A DNA stretch of 64,000 bases from Camelus ferus (Eukaryota), in NCBI RefSeq assembly GCF_009834535.1, contig NC_045696.1, positions 10,852,001-10,916,000 on the forward strand, in the 5' to 3' direction. Position numbers and translations under genes: made by a program. The stretch's first letter is position 1. Each line of letters opens with the position of its first letter. Below are positions 12,595 to 24,335 of the stretch, one piece after another. The notes under the pieces were generated by a model. It saw nothing but the letters and a program-made list of their open reading frames with translations, did no database searches and had not been told where the DNA came from.

Positions 12595-14961
12595 GCATGA
12601 TAATTTATACAGAGAAGCCTAAAGTCTCTACTCAGAAACTATTAGAACCAATAAATGAATTCAGCAAGGTTGCAGGATACAAGATTACTATACAGAAATC
12701 CATTGCATTTCTATACACCAATAATGAAATATCAGAAAGAGAAAAACTTAAAAACAATCCTTTTTAAAATCTCATCAAAAAAAAAAAAAAAACCAAAAAA
12801 ACCTAGTAATAAACTTAACCAAGGAGGTGAAAGACTCTGAAAACTATATAGCACTGATGAAGGAAACTGAAGAAGATTCAAAGAAATGGAAAGATATCTC
12901 ATGCTCTTGTACTGGAATAATTCATGTTATTAAAGAAGTAATTAAAATACTACCTAAAGCAATCTACACATTTAATGCAATCCCTATCAAAATATCAAGG
13001 ACATTTTTTCACAGAACTAGAATGAATAAAACTAAAATGCACATAAAACTGCAAAAGACCCTGAGCTACCAAACCAATCTTGAGGAAAAAGAACAAAGCT
13101 GGAGGTACAATCCTCCCAGATTTCAGACTATACTACAAAGCTACAGTAATCCAAAAAGTGTGGTATTGGCAGAAAACCAGACACACAGATCAGTGAAACA
13201 GAATAGAGAGCCCAGAAATAAACCCAGGCACCTACGGTCAATTAATAAACAACAAAGGAGGCAAGAATAAACAATAGAGAAAAGATAATCTCTTCAACAA
13301 GTGGTGCTGGGAAAGCTGGACAGCCACATGCACAACAATGAGATTAGGGGAGAGACTTCAAGATGGCAGAATAGCAGGATTTGGAGCTCACCCTCTCCAA
13401 CAAAAACAATGAAATTAGAACATTTCCTCACACAGTATACAAAAATAAACTCAAAATGGTTTAAAGACCTAAATGTAAGACATGAAACCATAAAACTCTC
13501 AAAAGAGAACATAGGTGGAACACTCTGTGACATAATTCATAGCAATATTTTCTTGAATCAGTCTCCTAAGGCAAAAGAAATAAAAGCAAAAATAAACAAA
13601 TGGGACTTAAGTAAACTTAAAAGCTTTGCCACAGCAAAGGAAACCATTGGCAAAATAAAAAGACCATCTATGGAGTGGGAGAAAATATTTGCAAATGATG
13701 CGACAAATAAGGTGTTAATATCCAAAGTATACAAATAGCTCACAATGAGGTATCACTTCATAGCTGTCAGAATGGCTATTATCAAAAAGTCTACAAACAA
13801 CAAATGTTGTAGAGAACATGGAGTAAAAAGAACACTTGCACACTGTTGGTGGGAATGTAAATTGGAGCAGCCACTATGAAAAACCATATGGAGATTCCTT
13901 AAAAACTTTAAAACAAGAACTACCATATAATCCAGCAATTCCACTCCTGGGTATATATCCAGAAAAAACAAAAACACTAATTTGAAAAGATACATGCACC
14001 CCAACTTTCACAACAGCACTATTTACAATAGCCAAGATATGGAAGCAACCTAAGTGCCCATCAATAGATGACTGGATTAAGAAGACGAGGATTAAGAAGC
14101 AATCTAAATGTTCATCAGCAGACGATTGTTTTAAAATGTAAACTACCTCATGAGAGGTGCATACAGTAAAATATTTATTCAGAAATGTTAAAATAAAAAG
14201 ATGGGTAAAGTTAAACTGGCAAAACTCTAATTGAAAAAGATGCATGCACCCCAATATTCATAGCAGCCCTATTTACAATAGCCAATTCATGGAAGCAACC
14301 TAAGCATCCATTGACAGATGAATGGATAAAAAAGATGTATATACATATACATACATATATATAATGGAATATTACTCAACCATAAAAAATGAAATACTGT
14401 GATTTGCAGTAGTGTGGATGAAACCAGAGATTATTATACTTAGTGAAATAAATCGGACAGAGGAAGACAAATGCCATGTGATTTCCCTTATGTGTGGAAT
14501 CTAAAAAATAATATAAATGAATGTATATGCAAAGCAGAAACAGAACTCACAGACATGGGAAACAAACTTGCAGTTACCAAAGAGGTGAGGGAATGGGGGG
14601 GGACAAATTAGGGGTATGGGATTAACAGATACAAACTACTATGTATAAAGTAGATAAGCAACAAGGATATACTGCATAGCACAGGGACTTACAGCCATTA
14701 TCTTGTAATAACCTATGATGGAATATAATCTGCAAAAATACTGAATCACATGGGGAGGATATAGCTCAAGTCATAGAGCACATGCCTAGCGTGCACAAGG
14801 TCCTGGGTTCAATCCCCAGTGTCTCCTCTAAAAATAAATAAATAAATAAGTGAACCTAATTCCCCACCAAAAAAAGAAAGAAATTAAAAATACTGAATCA
14901 CTACACTATACACCTGAAACTAACACAATATTGTAAATCAACTACTCTTTAATAAAAAAAA
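12595..14961 (+). mobile_element. L1 ORF2 (RT C-terminal part to Cys-rich region) and 3'UTR; frameshifted and composite
   Basis: Translations [56 protein letters not shown] and [20 protein letters not shown] are L1 ORF2p; 3'UTR and A tail end near 14961. Confidence 0.93.
14752..14885 (+). mobile_element. tRNA-derived SINE (Vic-1-like) nested in an L1 3'UTR
   Basis: ggggaggatatagctcaag...gtcctgggttcaatccccagt; perfect TSD AAAAATACTGAATCAC at 14734-14749 and 14886-14901. Confidence 0.88.
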
Positions 14962-15836
14962 GCTTCTCAGTGTTTCAGAGATTTAAGCACCTTTCAATTA
15001 ATTTTCCTCTTATTTGTCTATGATTTTATTTTTTAAATTCATTAATCCCATATAAACATTATTCAATATACAGTAACAATATAAATTCCTAGCAAGTGAT
15101 TTAGGAATCATTGCTGAGTAATCTTTAATCTCATTGATATGATTGCTTTCTTTTATATATCACATTTTTATATTTAATAAACTGTAATTCTAAGTTGTTT
15201 ATGCTGTTCCATTGATCAGTCCAAGACAGTACCACACTATTTTAAAGACTGTGACTTTGTTTTAATAATGCATGTAACTAATCTCTCCTTACCACTCTTT
15301 ATTTTGTACTATTCTTTGTTTATTGTCTCAGTTGAATTTCAGAAAACTTGTATTGACTCCTTTGAAAAAAAATCCAATGGAGACTTTTATCGCTATTGCA
15401 TTAGCTCTATAAATTCAATTGAGATGAGTTATTATTTTATAATACTTAATTTTTCTACCTTGAAACATGCTATTTCTGCAGGAGAAACTTCAAAACAAGA
15501 CTTGAGTGCTTGGTGACTTGTTTGCTCTATGAACTAAAGGAGAAGGAAGAATCAAAAATGTTTCTGAGGTTTGTCGTCTGAGTGACTAAGAGGAGCTTAA
15601 TATAAGCCAGCAGAGTATTGCTAAGGGTTATCAAAAAGAAGAAAGATTTTTCAATGTTACTTTGCAGGACAGAAAAACAGGTCTCAAAATTACCAGGAGA
15701 CAGATTCAGCCATATATACTAAACCATTTTACATAGTAGAGCTGTCCAAAACTGAAAAATCTGCTGTGTAAGGATGTAAACAATTTACCTACTGAGGATG
15801 GATTTCTAATATCAAGAAGACAGCCTGCCTATTTCT

Positions 15837-15961
15837 TTTTTTGGGGGGGGAATAATTAGATTTAATATTTTATTTAATTTATTTTAATGGAAGGACTGGG
15901 GATTGAATCCAGAACCTTGTGCATGCTAAGAATGTGCTCTACCACTGACTATACCCTCCCC
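15837..15961 (-). mobile_element. tRNA-derived SINE (Vic-1-like)
   Basis: Reverse-complement head actggggattgaatccagaaccttgtgcatgctaag...ctctaccactgactataccctcccc; TSD CCTATTTCT at 15828-15836 and 15965-15973. Confidence 0.82.
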
Positions 15962-16755
15962 TCTCCTATTTCTAATAGTCTGTGTTGACTACTTGTTCTC
16001 CAAATGACCTCAGTATAATCGACACAAGGGATTGGAATAATTCGTGAAGAAGTGTAAAAGAAGATCAGAGTCAAGGATGAGCTTCAGGTAGTGCTCAAAG
16101 GAAGGAGAAAGAGGAGCCAAAAGGAAAGAGACGATTTAGTCAATGAAGTAAACCAAGAAAAATCATAGAACCATGGATGACAATGGGGGAAAGGAAAAGT
16201 CGGCCAATAGGCAAATACCACAGAGAGGGTGAATAGGTTAAAGCTTAGAGTCACTAGATTTGAAAAGAAAGTCCTCAATGGAGGACTTGGAGAGTGAAGT
16301 TTCAGTAGATCTATTTGACAATAGAATGATAGCTGATGGCACTCTAAAGTCAAGTGAAGGTTTATTTTTTTCAGGATGAAGAGGTTGTGCTTGTCTGAAG
16401 TTCAAAGTTCAGACAGTAAAGATTTAGAGATACAAAATGCAATAGGTCGCCGGCCTTTGTAGCTTCGATATTCCTGGTTCCTACCATTTGTTAATGACTC
16501 CACAATCCAAGACAGGTGGTAGTTTTTAAATTTTGCCGAGGCACACACTGGAATCCTGTCTGCTGTGAAACTGCCACACAGGAGTGGGTTACGGCCAACA
16601 TCTATATCATATCACACCTTTGCTCTTCTCGACTAATTTCTATATGTATTGTAACCATCATAAAGTGGTAGGCACTATACTTCTTTACAGATCCAGGTAA
16701 GATCATGGATAATGTTGCTGTTAAGATGATGTCCTATGACAAATTACTTTAGTCC

Positions 16756-16893
16756 AGTTGACCTTTGAACAATGTGGGGTTTAGGGGTGCTGACCCTCCT
16801 TGCAGTAGAAAATTCTAGTATAATTTATAGTGGACCCTTGGTATCTGCGTTTCCTCTGTATCTGCAATTCCACATCCACAGATTCAACCAACC
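16756..16893. mobile_element. TcMar-Tigger family DNA transposon fragment
   Basis: TIR-like start cagttgacctttgaacaa and internal ttccacatccacagattcaaccaacc. Confidence 0.65.
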
Positions 16894-19206
16894 GCTCCTC
16901 AGAGCAGGAGCTGAGAAAGCAGACTGTGCAGATAATGACCCAGTGGTGGGATGGTCTGGGGCATCCAGCCACGGCTAGGTGGGAGGGTCATCAGAGTTGG
17001 GGGAGGGAGGCATGGAAGCAGCTGATCAGAGAATCAAGAGTGGATGTAACAGATAAAATAAAACCAAGGCACAGACATATAGAGGTTTCTGTGAGAGCGG
17101 AGCAGGAGCATGGGAGAAAGAATAAAGAGGAAGCAGTGGCATCTGAAGGTGGAACGGAGCCATATACCGATGACAAAGTCTAGAGCCCCCTCAGTGCTGG
17201 TAGGTGAGGACATGCGTGTCTGTGTCCTGCAGTGAAGTGAGCATCATGGTTGCTGACGTTGCCACAGAAGGAGCTGAGAAGGAAAGGAGGAATCTGACAT
17301 GATTCCTGAAGTTTCCCAGAACAGAATAAACAGTATTAGAAGATACTGGTCATGATCTTGAGGTGGTTAAGCCCGTGGTAGTAGAGACTTCGGATGATAA
17401 CACATAGAGAAAGACTGTAGGAAGCAGTGGGGTTTGAGATCTCATTGCAGAAGAGTTTAAGGAGCCAGCATGTTAACACTCAAAGCAGTTGCTGAAGTTT
17501 AAAGACAAGGCAAGATTTGCTTCCATGAAGATTGACTCAAGCATTATTTCTTCAGAATAAGTTGGAGAGGTAAGCATAGATTTTCACTCTTGTTTAAAAC
17601 ACTGGGTATTATTTGAATATGCTATCAGGAGGCTGCCTTGTTCTTGTGATTAAAAAGAATGAAAGAAACAAAATTAGTCCAGGACGAAAGTAGAATTCAA
17701 GCACACAGTGAACAAATACTTGTCTACCACCCCTTGACTCCACAGCTGAACAGAACAGGCAGTCCCATGGTTTCATTAGTCTTCTCAGCACTCATCTTTG
17801 CTAAATCAGCTTCAACTGTGTGACCCAGCTAACAGAAAGAGCAAATGGAAATGAAGTTTTTAGTAAGATGGAGAGATATAAAACCAGCGATAAATGTTTA
17901 ACATGCCGCACATGTTAGCCATATTTCCAGCCATATTTCTTTGGCAGCTGGGGTTTTTTATTTTGTTTTGTTTTGTTGCCTTCAAGTTTCCAGGGAGGAA
18001 CCTAGCTCCACACCCTCTTTGCCTTCATCCCAGTCCCCCACTCAGCAAGAGGTCCTGGAAAGCATCAAGGTCATAAACAGAGAACATGACAACAAGTAAT
18101 GATTTTAATAGCTCCCATTATTGAATGTCTCCTTTGTGCACAGTTTAGGCTCAATACTCGATGTGGCTTATCCTAGTTAGTTATTAAAATAACCATGATC
18201 TTAACTCTATCTTGCAGACTGGGTGGTACAGAGCTGTGGTAGGGATTCAGCAATGTCCTCAAAGCACCAGGTTCCTTCATGTTCCCGCTCTGCCCTCCTA
18301 GCGATAGGAAGCACTCCCCCAGTCTGTGTCTATGTTCAAGTAGGAAGAAGCAGAAGAGACTGGAGCAACAAACTTCCACTTGCCTTGATTCGGCCAGAAT
18401 TGATCCCCAGTACGTTATTCAGGGTTCATGCTGGTTCCAGACAACAGAATTCACTCTAGCTGGTTTAAACAGCAAGGAGTTTTAAAAGACATACAGCAAG
18501 TTCCTAAATCATGTGGGAGGGCTGAAAAGACTCCTGAACCCGGAAAGTCACCAGAGAATTGGGCCATCCAGGGAGGGAGCTGCTGCCTCTTTCACAATCT
18601 GGCAGTTGCTGAATTAAGAGGCCACCTTCTCCAACAGGAAGCCAGTGCCACAGTCATCGGATCCTAGATGTATCTGCCACAACCAGGAAGCAATTCAACC
18701 CAAAAGCACTAGCTCTCAGGGGAGGCCAGGTCTGCTGAGACCCATGCCAGCAACAGAGATCCTCAGAACTCCTTCCTTGCTCCCTGCCACTGAACTCGAT
18801 TCCCAAACGAGTTCTCGTGGTCCTCTCTCCATGTGACTCAGTTCTGAATCAAGGATAAATGATCAATAAAACTTAAATCATGTGTGGAGTCTCAGCTGCA
18901 ATAGTAGCTGAAGGCTCTGCAAGGTGAGTATTTTAGCTTTCCAGTCTCTGTAGCAGATTTGGCAAGCAAGAGAGAAAATGTTGGAACAGAGCTTGAGTAC
19001 ACCAAACCATTACATTAGCCATGATTTCTCTGGAAGTTTGGGAAAGCTGGTGTATGGTCAGTCACCCTTCCTTTCTCCATCCTAGGTGTCCTGTCTCCAT
19101 ATATCATCTTATTTAATCCTCACCTCAACCTTTTGATGAAATATTACTATCCCCATTTCCTAGATAAGGAAACTGAAGCTCCTAAAGGTTAAATGATAAT
19201 GTTCAA

Positions 19207-19331
19207 TGTATTATAATAACTACAATGGAATATAATCTGCAAAAATAACCCAAGTGAATCACTGTGCTATACACATGAAACTAACACAATATTAGAAATC
19301 AACTAACTTCAATAAATAAAAAATTAAAAAA
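19207..19331 (+). mobile_element. Short L1 3' tip inserted into a minus-strand MIR (about 19100-19375)
   Basis: TSD ATAATGTTCAA at 19196-19206 and 19332-19342; same 3' end text as 14705-14960; MIR motifs ccccatttcctagataaggaaactgaagctc and gatttgaacc on either side. Confidence 0.75.
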
Positions 19332-20599
19332 ATAATGTTCAAGAAAGTAGCAGAATCGAGATTTGAACCAAAGTCCATTTTCCACAATTCTCATGTGGTA
19401 GAATTTATGTGTTTGTTTGCTGAAACTGAACACCAAAAATAGTGGGTTCTCTCTAGTCTCAAATTGCTTGCTCCTGACTATGAATCACTGGCTTGCAAAG
19501 AGCTGGAGAGTCCTGGTGCTCTCCCATCTCCACATCTTTGCTCCAGCAATGTTCTTAATTGCTTGAGTTGCTTGATCCTGGGGACGACCTGAGAAGCGAG
19601 ATGATGTGTGTTTCAGGACTGTACTGGGTGAAAGAGAAGGAAACATTTATTTATCAGCTCACGTCTTCCATTGGCCAAAGAATCCTACCATGAGTTATTA
19701 CTGTCCTTTCCCCCATATCTGACTACTCAAATCCTAGACATTGATTCAAGCCCAGAGCAGCAATCTCTCCACAAAGACTTGTCCAGTCTCACTGCCAAAA
19801 GGTAGTCCTACCTTTTCTGAATCACCCGCATATTTTCTTTGTACCTCCCTTCAAACATTTTCCACAATCAACTTGTATAATCACCCCATTCATATGATAA
19901 CTTCCTTGAAGACAAGAATGATGACATTTATCACTTTTGATCTTTAAAGCTTCTGGTACAGTGCAGGAGTGTAGACAGGGTTCACTAGATGAATGATAAA
20001 TAAATGGATACATTTCCCCAGGGAGGTGCCCTCCTCTTTAAAATATTAGATAATCCATATCTGGGTAATTACAAATCAATTGCTCTAGTTTTCTAGTGTT
20101 TTTCTAGCGAAAGACTTTCTTCCATTACCACATCAATATCTAATGAGCCCTCATCAGTTAATGTAATAGAATGTTTTTTATATGTTTATTTGCTCTGTGG
20201 TTTTTAACATTTTTTTTTTAATGAACTAAAAAAAGAGAACAAGACTACATCTTTGGAGCTGAAATGAGTTCACTTTCTCTTTGGAACAACCACAATAAGA
20301 CAGTTTTTACACTAGTTCAAGCATTTGCCATAAGTTACACTTCATCAGACCAAAAAGAGGGCAGCAAATCATGGAAGTGAAGCATCAAGGAGTCTCCACA
20401 CTCTGTACTTAATCCATTCAATTTCCTGCTCAAGTAGAATTTCTTCCATTACTGTCAGCCCTTCCAGTCAGCCTAGAGCAGCAGCCTCCTTAGTTTCTTC
20501 TGGAAACTTTCCACTTTGGAACCCCCAAAGAGTGGCCAGCAGTCACCAAGGAGGGTTCTCTCCCGCTGTGTGCTTAATGAAACTGGTAGACCGGCAGCT

Positions 20600-20781
20600 T
20601 CCTTCTGGTTGCCATGGAAATGAGCAGGGTCACTGGCCCTCTGAAAACAGAAAAGAACAGCAAGTGCAAGGGCAGGCATTCGGTCCTGCCTCGCAGATTA
20701 AACCAGCTGTCAAGGCAGAGTGAAGGATCAGCCAGAGGTCCGGGCAGCAGAGCAACCAGCCTCGCATTGGAACTCCGAGAT
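20600..20781 (+). other. EPCIP: Putative first (5'UTR) exon of EPCIP/C21orf62; start approximate
   Basis: Unique, GC-elevated block ending in donor GAT|GTGAGT (intron starts 20782); the EPCIP coding exon begins at a splice acceptor, so an upstream exon is required. Confidence 0.5.
20608..20621. promoter_or_regulatory. RFX X-box motif in the putative EPCIP promoter
   Basis: GTTGCCATGGAAAT matches GTTNCCATGGNAAC at 13 of 14 positions, 160 nt upstream of a strong splice donor. Confidence 0.55.
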
Positions 20782-22559
20782 GTGAGTAATTTCTCTGTTC
20801 TTCTTTTTTGAAAAGAATGTCTAGCTTGACAGACGGTTTTTAATAGCTTCAGAATTTCTGCTGCATGACAGGAAAAGTTCTGTGATAGTTTGAAGAGTCA
20901 CCAAGTTGGAGTCACCTTCTTGTAGTGTTTGCATTTCCTGAACATAAAGCACACTTACAAGTGAGTCATTTTCACCACTAAACACTCCTTAAACTTCCAG
21001 GCATGTGAATTGCTCTTTACTGAGATTCTGCCTTTAAAAGGAAATGTTTTCAGTACATTAAGCAAAGAATGAAACGGTCTTCTCATTAGTCCCTAAATAG
21101 ATAAACTCATTTAGGTTAATATTACGTAACAGATATCTCTGTGGAATCTGGTTTTCTTGTTTCCATGTTGAAAATTTGGCTTTATTTTCCTGTTAGTCTT
21201 TAATGCTCAGTAACAAATGAAGGCAGTATCTCTTTTCCTTATCATGATCACAAACAAAACTAGGAATTCTCAAAACATGAGCTTTTATTGTTCCTTTGCT
21301 CTGCTTTTATCTAGTGGTATTGAATTTACTGCTTATTTTCACACGATGCATTAGAAAACATAAGAAGACAAGAAACCAAGTTCAGATGAGCATTAACATT
21401 TGGATTGGTTAGTTAACTTAAAACAAAAATTGATCCTTGTATTCAAAAGTGAAACAAACATGATAAATATTGTGGTAAAAGGGAAGATGCTGGGGACGTT
21501 TTTGTCAAAACCAGTAATCTTTACACTGTCCTGCATATTTTCACTGTTTAATAAGTATGTTTTGGGGCAGGTTTTTTTGTTTGTTTGTTTGTTTTTAGCA
21601 ATAAGTGTATTGGTGTACACTGAGAAAAGAGTTTCAAAAGAATTGTGCACAGTATTTATAAAAACCTGTCCTTAAAAACTACCCCAAAATATCAGACCTC
21701 ATTTGCTTGAAATTTTTTTAATGAAAAGAACTATCTTTAGGATATTTTTAGACCAAATAATGCAATGTAGTGCAATATTTTAAAAAAATTCTTTTGAAAG
21801 ATAAAAAGATTTCTCATTACTTTTTTTTTTTTAACAAAATTGGGCATTTCGTGAAAATAACAGTTTCAGTAAAGTGTCTATGGAAATGAATATTTTTCAA
21901 CAGCTGACTTGGATCTCCCAATTTTCTTTTTCCCATCAACATTTTTATTGCTTAAACCTAGTATACAATCCACTTTTAAAATTCAGTCTGATGGATCATG
22001 TCTCCATGTGAGTGGAGAGAAGAGACAAACCACACAGTTCTGTGGGTGTGTGACAGAGGGGCAGATGTGCTGAGCTGGGGTTGGAGCACCACTGATTGCT
22101 GCTCATTAGCTGAGCATATGGCAAGCCATCCATGGGAAAGGCTTGAGGAGGGTGCAACCATTGGTTAATTAACTCTTATAAGGATCCGTGTTGAGCAGAA
22201 AGGTGCAGTAGCTACATATTTTAGTTGAGGCTTCCCTTTCGCTCACTCTCTGTCTTCGTCCCACATTCCACGACTGTTAACAGAAGCAGCATTCAACCAG
22301 TGTTGCCCTTATTTTAAAATCTACGTGTTTCTTAAAAAAAAAAGTGTTCTAATGTCCGTAGGTAACAGAATTCACTTCATTCCTTTTGTATCTTTTGTAT
22401 CCTATTCATCTAACATGAGGTTTCTATACACACTTTAGCTTGAAGACCACAGAGTCTAGCAATAAATAGAATATGAGCCATGGAATGTCATTTGAGTAGG
22501 AACATGACCCTGGGGTGGGAAATAACACTGTAATTTCTACCACGACTTCCTTGAGTAGA

Positions 22560-22760
22560 TTTGGCTGTCTGACTTCAGGTCTCAGTTGTTTCCTTCTGGC
22601 TCTGTGACTTTGACCAATCTATTTAACCTCTCTGTGTCTCCATTTTCATATCAGAAAATAATATCTACCTTGATGATTACTGTAAGAGTTAAGTGGCATA
22701 AAACATGTAAAGAACTTCAAACAGTACCCGGCACGAAAGAAGCACTTATTAAATGTTATT
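22560..22760 (+). mobile_element. MIR SINE
   Basis: ctctgtgactttgaccaatctatttaacctctctgtgtctc...gtaagagttaagtggcataaaacatgtaaag...cagtacccggcac. Confidence 0.65.
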
Positions 22761-23009
22761 ACTAATCATTAAAAAACACATAGATTTCCTAATTTCAGTC
22801 ATTTTTCAACCCACATTTCTTATTTGGAAGTCCACTCCCTCTCATCAATTTTCTATAGCTAGCTAGGTTAGCCTTGGGAACTCAGGGCTGAGGGGCAGTA
22901 AATGTTGGTGCAGTAAGATGCTGTTACAATAGCATCCTTACCTAGTAGTCTAAACTCTCTTGAGAATCAAGAGCTGTGTATCTGACAAGTTAAGTTGGAG
23001 GGGTCTGTT

Positions 23010-23470
23010 AGCTATTTAGGTGCAGTTAGCAAGTAAGATGCTAGATATATGAGCATGAAGCTCAGGGCAGGGTTCGGGATCTGGTTAATCATCAGCGTAC
23101 AGATAATATTTAAATCCATGAGTTGGCATGGAGTCACCAAGGGAGTGGATATACATAGAGGAGAGAGCCAGGCACTGAGCCAGGGGCGTGCAACAACCTC
23201 AGGGAAGAGGAGATGCCAGCCAGCTACTGGGAAGGAGTGGCCATTGAGGTAGCAAGAAAAACAGGAGGATGTGGTATCTTGGAAGAACAGCAAGTCCTTG
23301 CTCAGGAAGGAGGGAGTAGGCAACCATGTCAAATACTGGTGAGAAGTCAAGCAGAATGAGACGAGGAAATTAACCATAGGATTTGGCACCCTGGGAGATG
23401 AGAGTCACTGGGAACCTGGTGACAATCACCCCAATAGAGTGACCAGAAGAACAGCCTGAGTAGAGTGGCT
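23010..23470 (-). mobile_element. L2 LINE fragment
   Basis: Purine-rich L2 antisense text gagtcaccaagggagtggatatacatagag...caagcagaatgagac...ataggatttggcacc. Confidence 0.6.
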
Positions 23471-24084
23471 AAAAATCTAACACCAACAGGCACTGGGCTC
23501 TCTGTATGATTATAGATTTGCTTGCAAAATGCTGTTTTTAAATTTCTTTCATGGTTGACTGATGTGGACCAATAAGAAAAACAGGATTGAGGCAGGCAAG
23601 AACTATCATCCATGCACCTAGTTTACTAAAGATTCATGAAAGATCTGAAGACAGTTTAAGAGATGAGGGTGGTTCCTCAGCAGATGAGAAACAGAAAACA
23701 GTCCTAGACACAGAGGGCAACATAAGCAGCACGAGGGAGGCCAAACACAAAAGGAGACAATACACACACACACCCCATCAGGACTTGTTCGCACAATATC
23801 CCCTGACGCCTCTCCCTTCTAGTTTTGGTCCATTTCCCATAAAAGGATCACTGCTCATTCGCGTCTCTGAAATGCCTGGTCCCCAAGGTTATTAAGGAAG
23901 CTGGAATCTTCTCTGTGGCCAGGAGTTCTAAAAAATTCATTTGGAGCCATGCCTAGTCACCACTTCATGGATGTTCAGTTTAGCCCAAATTGTGATGCCC
24001 AGATTATGCACTGGAGCTCTGCTCTTGTCACCAAAATAACCATCAATGAGTCATCAATGAGATTAGGAGACATTCTTTTCAAAT

Positions 24085-24335
24085 AAAAGTCTTATTTTAG
24101 AATAGCTTTAGACATACAGAAAAATTGTGAACATAGCACAGAGAGTTCCCTACACCCAGCCTCCCCTGTTATTAACATCTTACGTAACTACAGTAATACA
24201 TTTGTCACCATTAATGAACTAATATTGATACATTATTATTATTAACTAATGTCCATAGTTTATTCCAATTTTTTAGATTTTACTTAGTGTCCTTTTTCTG
24301 TTCCAGGATCCCACATTACCTTTAGTTGTCATTCC
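24085..24335 (-). mobile_element. L1MC-like 3' end
   Basis: ttattttagaatagctttagacatacagaaaaattgtgaacatagcacagagagttccc...tttctgttccaggatcccac. Confidence 0.65.

Noticed and set aside
12462..13738. ORFs of 101-147 aa with reverse-transcriptase-like text
   Set aside because: Frameshifted fragments of a dead L1 ORF2, not an intact gene or a novel RT system.
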